A DNA stretch of 64,000 bases. Source: an uncultured Roseburia sp. (lineage in GTDB: Bacteria; Bacillota; Clostridia; Lachnospirales; Lachnospiraceae). Below are positions 60,568 to 64,000 of this stretch, piece by piece. The DNA lies in the NCBI GenBank assembly GCA_945836255.1, contig CAMAKU010000001.1, positions 15,836 to 79,835 on the forward strand, in the 5' to 3' direction. Both the position numbers and the translations under genes were made by a program. The stretch's first letter is position 1; each line of letters starts with the position of its first letter. The notes under the pieces were generated by a model, which saw only the letters and a list, made by a program, of their open reading frames with translations, was not told the origin of the DNA and searched no databases.

Positions 60568-61866
60568 CTATTTCATTCTGCCAATGATAGCATTGGCCTT
60601 GGCATAGATCTCTGCCGGATCAAACCCGATGTAGAATTGCCCCGCTTCATATAAGATCCGCCCATTGACCATGGTCATAATCACATTCTGTTTGCTGCCG
60701 CTGTAGACCAGATTCTTCACGATGTGATTCTGCGGCTGCATATTAGGCTGCTGCAAATCAATCATGATGATGTCTGCCTTCTTACCTACCGCCAGGCAAT
60801 CACAATCATCCAGTCCCATACAATGGGCACCACCGGCGGTGGCCATATATAACACTTCTTCCGCGGGCACACAGGCTGCATCCTTTTCCCGCACCTTGGC
60901 AAGGGCTGTCGTCAAAAACATCTCTCGGAACATATCCAGACAATTGTTGCTGGCCGGACCGTCCGTACCGATGGCGAGAGCAATCCCCTCGTCCAGAAAA
61001 CGCTTGATGGGAGCCACGCCACTGGCCAGTTTCAGATTGGAAGCCGGGTTGGTAACGGCTGTCAGATGACGCTTTTTGAAGATCTCAAAATCTGCGTCCT
61101 CCATATGTACACAGTGGTAACCACCGCCGCCATACTCATACATGCCCAGTGCATCCGTCAATTGCGTCGGTGTCATACCCCAGCGTTCCTTACACTCCCG
61201 CACCTCCAGTTCCGTCTCTGCGTTATGCAAAAAGACCGGAGAATGACATTTCTGCGCCAGTGCCGCGATGCCCTCCATCAATTCCTTGGATGTGGTATAC
61301 TCCGCATGGAAACCAATAATAAAAGAAGACAACTCGCCCATGTCATTCACGATATGGTAATTCTCCTCCACCTGTTCCACGCTGCCGCCAAAATTATTCA
61401 GACCCGATGTCTGCACCGTACGGAATCCGCAGTCTACGGATGCCTGTGCATTCTTGGGCGGGAAAAAGTACATGTCAAAATTGGACGTAATCCCGCTGGT
61501 GAGATATTCCATAATCCCTAAGATATCCAGCCAATAGATATCATCCTCGGTCAACTGCCCTTCCCGGGGAAATACCGCATCCGTCAGCCAGCTCTGAAGC
61601 GGCAGATCGTCTGCAAAAGAGCGCAAAAAAGTCATAGCCGTATGGGTATGCGCATTTTTAAATCCGGGCATTAAGAGATTTCCCTTCGCATCAATCTCCC
61701 GATCCCAGATGACAATCTCATCCCCGGTAACCACTTCCGACACATCACTGCCATCCCCAAGATAACAGATTGTATTCCCTTTGACCCACAGTTCGCCTTC
61801 TACCACGGCAAAAGAATGTCCCTCTGCCGGTGTCAATATCTTGGCGTTGTAAAATCTGATATTCAT
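60568..61866 (-). CDS. Amidohydrolase, MTA/SAH deaminase (MtaD)-like
   Basis: PGFKNAHTH, HNAE, SNLKLASG, GTDGPASNN. Confidence 0.85.
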   Translation of the reverse strand: MNIRFYNAKILTPAEGHSFAVVEGELWVKGNTICYLGDGSDVSEVVTGDEIVIWDREIDAKGNLLMPGFKNAHTHTAMTFLRSFADDLPLQSWLTDAVFPREGQLTEDDIYWLDILGIMEYLTSGITSNFDMYFFPPKNAQASVDCGFRTVQTSGLNNFGGSVEQVEENYHIVNDMGELSSFIIGFHAEYTTSKELMEGIAALAQKCHSPVFLHNAETELEVRECKERWGMTPTQLTDALGMYEYGGGGYHCVHMEDADFEIFKKRHLTAVTNPASNLKLASGVAPIKRFLDEGIALAIGTDGPASNNCLDMFREMFLTTALAKVREKDAACVPAEEVLYMATAGGAHCMGLDDCDCLAVGKKADIIMIDLQQPNMQPQNHIVKNLVYSGSKQNVIMTMVNGRILYEAGQFYIGFDPAEIYAKANAIIGRMK

Positions 61867-61935
61867 ATTCCTACCTCACACCTATCTCTATTGTTCTATT
61901 CGCGCATCCCTATGAGATGCATTCCCATTATGCCC

Positions 61936-62769
61936 CTACAGCATGCCATGAATCTCTCTGATGACGCGGCTCACCAATGCGGTAAAATCTTTGGCCACCA
62001 TTTTGCCCGCCTCGATCACCTCTTCCTCTGACAACGGATTCGGTGAAATCCCGGCCGCCAGATTAGAAATACAGGAGATTCCCACAATCTTCATACCCAT
62101 ATGATTGGCAGCCACCGCTTCACATGCCGTACTCATACCCACGGCATCGGCCCCCAGAACGCGACACATATTAATCTCCTGCGGGGTCTCATAATTAGGT
62201 CCAGGCAACTGGATATAAACCCCCTCCCGCAGATTCAGATCCAATGCACAGGCGCACTTGCGAACCACTGCCTGCAAATCCTCATCATAGATATGACTCA
62301 TATCCGGGAAACGGGGGCCCAATTCCGGGATATTGGCTCCGCGAAGTGCGGAAGGCACAAACGTGGCAATCTGTCCCGTAATCAACATCAGATCACCGGC
62401 ACGAAATCCCTGTCGGATTCCACCGGATGCATTGGTCAAAAATAAGACTTGGGCTCCCATCATCTTCATCAGGCGAATGGGCAGAACCACATCCGTCATC
62501 TCGTAGCCCTCATAGTAGTGGACACGTCCCTGCATGGCAACCACCGGTGCGTCGTCCACATAGCCAAAGACAAACTGTCCCACATGCCCCGGTGCCGTGG
62601 ATACCGGGAATCCCTCAATATCCCGATAAGCAATGGTCTTCACCACACGCATCTGATCGGCGTAGTCCCCCAAGCCGGATCCCAGCACAAGTGCCACCTG
62701 TGGCTGGAACGGAATCTCATTTTTGATGCTCTCATAGCATCTGCATAACTTGTCATATACTGGATTCAT
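61936..62769 (-). CDS. punA: Purine nucleoside phosphorylase (PunA type)
   Basis: LGSGLG, QGRVHYYEGY, GPNYET, VGMSTACE. Confidence 0.95.
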   Translation of the reverse strand: MNPVYDKLCRCYESIKNEIPFQPQVALVLGSGLGDYADQMRVVKTIAYRDIEGFPVSTAPGHVGQFVFGYVDDAPVVAMQGRVHYYEGYEMTDVVLPIRLMKMMGAQVLFLTNASGGIRQGFRAGDLMLITGQIATFVPSALRGANIPELGPRFPDMSHIYDEDLQAVVRKCACALDLNLREGVYIQLPGPNYETPQEINMCRVLGADAVGMSTACEAVAANHMGMKIVGISCISNLAAGISPNPLSEEEVIEAGKMVAKDFTALVSRVIREIHGML

Positions 62770-62782
62770 CTTCGGATCTCCT

Positions 62783-62959
62783 TTACTTGTCGTCCAAATC
62801 ACCACGTCCGGCAATACCGACAAAAATGGCTGCCGCGATCACACCAACACCCATAATCATATACGGCACATCTCCGGTCTGATAACCTGTCATAAGAAAT
62901 ACAATACCTGCAACGATCATAAGAAGGATTGCAAAAAAATACTTCGTTCTTTTGTTCAT
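62783..62959 (-). CDS. Small two-TM protein (58 aa), missing from the ORF track
   Basis: GAGG SD; MNKRTKYFFAILLMIVAGIVFLMTGYQTGDVPYMIMGVGVIAAAIFVGIAGRGDLDDK; stop abuts the punA SD; promoter TTCACA-17-TACACT at 63028-63000. Confidence 0.8.
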   Translation of the reverse strand: MNKRTKYFFAILLMIVAGIVFLMTGYQTGDVPYMIMGVGVIAAAIFVGIAGRGDLDDK

Positions 62960-63112
62960 GCTTCCTCACCCTCTTTTTGTAAAATCAAAATCTCAGATAA
63001 GTGTAACACACTCTTTTTTGAATGTGAAGTGCCGCCACGGTTTTCTTCCCCAAAGAATCATGACCACCAACCGCACCTATTCCACGGGCGTAGTCCTGAA
63101 AGTTAATGACCT

Positions 63113-63351
63113 TCAGTATCCCATAAACTCTGCAGCACTTATGTTGGGCGGAATTCTCACTAATATATGAATATGGTCTGGGCAGCATTATCCTTGTATA
63201 ATTTCTACACCCTTGCGTTTGTATAATGTACTCAATATATTTTCGACATCTGCTTTAATCTGACCATAAATTATTTGCCTTCTGTACTTTGGTGCAAACA
63301 CTATATGATATTTTCACTCCCACGACGTGTGTGATAAAATACCTTTTCCGT
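63113..63351 (-). pseudogene. tnpA: IS200/IS605-family TnpA (HUH Y1 transposase) remnant
   Basis: LSHTSWE*KYHIVFAPKYRRQIIYGQIKADVENILSTLYKRKGVEIIQG*CCPDHIHILVRIPPNISAAEFMGY*; start lost, internal stops, 3' half missing; small GGCTAAAGCC hairpin at 63427-63436. Confidence 0.92.
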
Positions 63352-63450
63352 GTGGATATACCTTCTTTGTTATTTGATGCGGTTTAGATCCCACATCATG
63401 ATAGCATTGGAGGTTATTTTATCTATGGCTAAAGCCTAATACAGCAAAAT

Positions 63451-63473
63451 GGAAGTGACACACGTTCACTTCC
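63451..63473 (-). terminator. Probable terminator after the amylase gene
   Basis: GGAAGTGA-acgtgtg-TCACTTCC followed by ATTTT. Confidence 0.6.
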
Positions 63474-63534
63474 GTTGCAAAAGTCTCCTCAAATAGGTTG
63501 TAACAATAATGATAAGAAAACACATACAGTGCCA

Positions 63535-63999
63535 TCATGCAAGCACCCAGACAGAGACCGCGCCGCCTGCTGCCGAAAAGAGCGCACCGCCCTGTTCATC
63601 CAACGTCACCGGTGCCATGGTATCATCCAGTACGTTACGCATCAGACGACCTGCATACGCTGCATTGACCTGCATATATTTACTTCCGGCATCGTGGTCT
63701 GTCATCAGTACTGCCACACCGGACTGCGGGTGTTCCTCATCACCGGCACGGGTAAAGCCCACCACATCGCAATCGTCAAAATAAGCATGTTCCGGTCCAT
63801 AGGCATAGCGTGCTCTCACCTGACACAAGACACGCAGTCCGGCTACCGGCGCAATCCCATCATGGGGAATCCCGTAGTAATCGCCATAGAAGACACAGGG
63901 GATTCCCTTTTCCTGTAACAGGATATAAGCGTATGCCAAGGGCTTGAACCAGACAGGGATAAAAGACGACAAGGCCTGGCCCGGCTGTGTATCGTGATT
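63535..63999 (-). CDS. Alpha-amylase (GH13, AmyA/AmyS-like), C-terminal part
   Basis: NHDTQPGQAL...WFKPLAYAYILL...G.PCVFYGDYYG; start lies outside the window. Confidence 0.92.
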   Translation of the reverse strand, partial: NHDTQPGQALSSFIPVWFKPLAYAYILLQEKGIPCVFYGDYYGIPHDGIAPVAGLRVLCQVRARYAYGPEHAYFDDCDVVGFTRAGDEEHPQSGVAVLMTDHDAGSKYMQVNAAYAGRLMRNVLDDTMAPVTLDEQGGALFSAAGGAVSVWVLA

Positions 64000-64000
64000 A

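Noticed and set aside
62960-63112. Purine riboswitch upstream of punA
   Set aside because: No aptamer consensus (UAUGG...GUUUCUACC...CCGUAAA), and the predicted leader is too short

Overview
Core chromosomal window from a spore-forming, gut-type clostridial Firmicute. Gene content and order look Lachnospiraceae-like (inference). About 57 protein genes lie mostly on the minus strand. They include a nitrogen-assimilation block (partial GS-I-like gene, azlCD/EamA/HD operon, Amt-PII fusion, GS-III, asnB), spo0A-spoIVB-recN-argR-nadK-tlyA-dxs-ispA-xseBA-nusB-asp23, metA, ligA, shikimate genes, an RND/MFP pair, gltBD, spoIIM-nudF, rny-recX-recA, prfC, spoIIIAA-AH, rpsU, alaS, rnhA, purine/MTA salvage genes, a decayed IS200-type tnpA and the 3' end of an alpha-amylase. 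There are two tRNAs (Thr-CGT, Arg-CCG). No CRISPR array, prophage or intact mobile element was seen. The most interesting signal is three attenuators in front of the GS-I-like gene, amt-glnK and asnB-glnN. Each has one ANTAR-type hairpin (4-bp stem, C-AAwGGy-G) overlapping an intrinsic terminator, and two leave no room for the canonical second hairpin. The GS-I homolog has lost a metal-binding glutamate and may be a sensor pseudoenzyme. Other leads are a candidate rod-shaped ncRNA inside the nitrogen cluster, an RND adaptor with a very long helical hairpin, palindromic repeat clusters, and two small membrane proteins. All calls were made by eye; no database searches were run.
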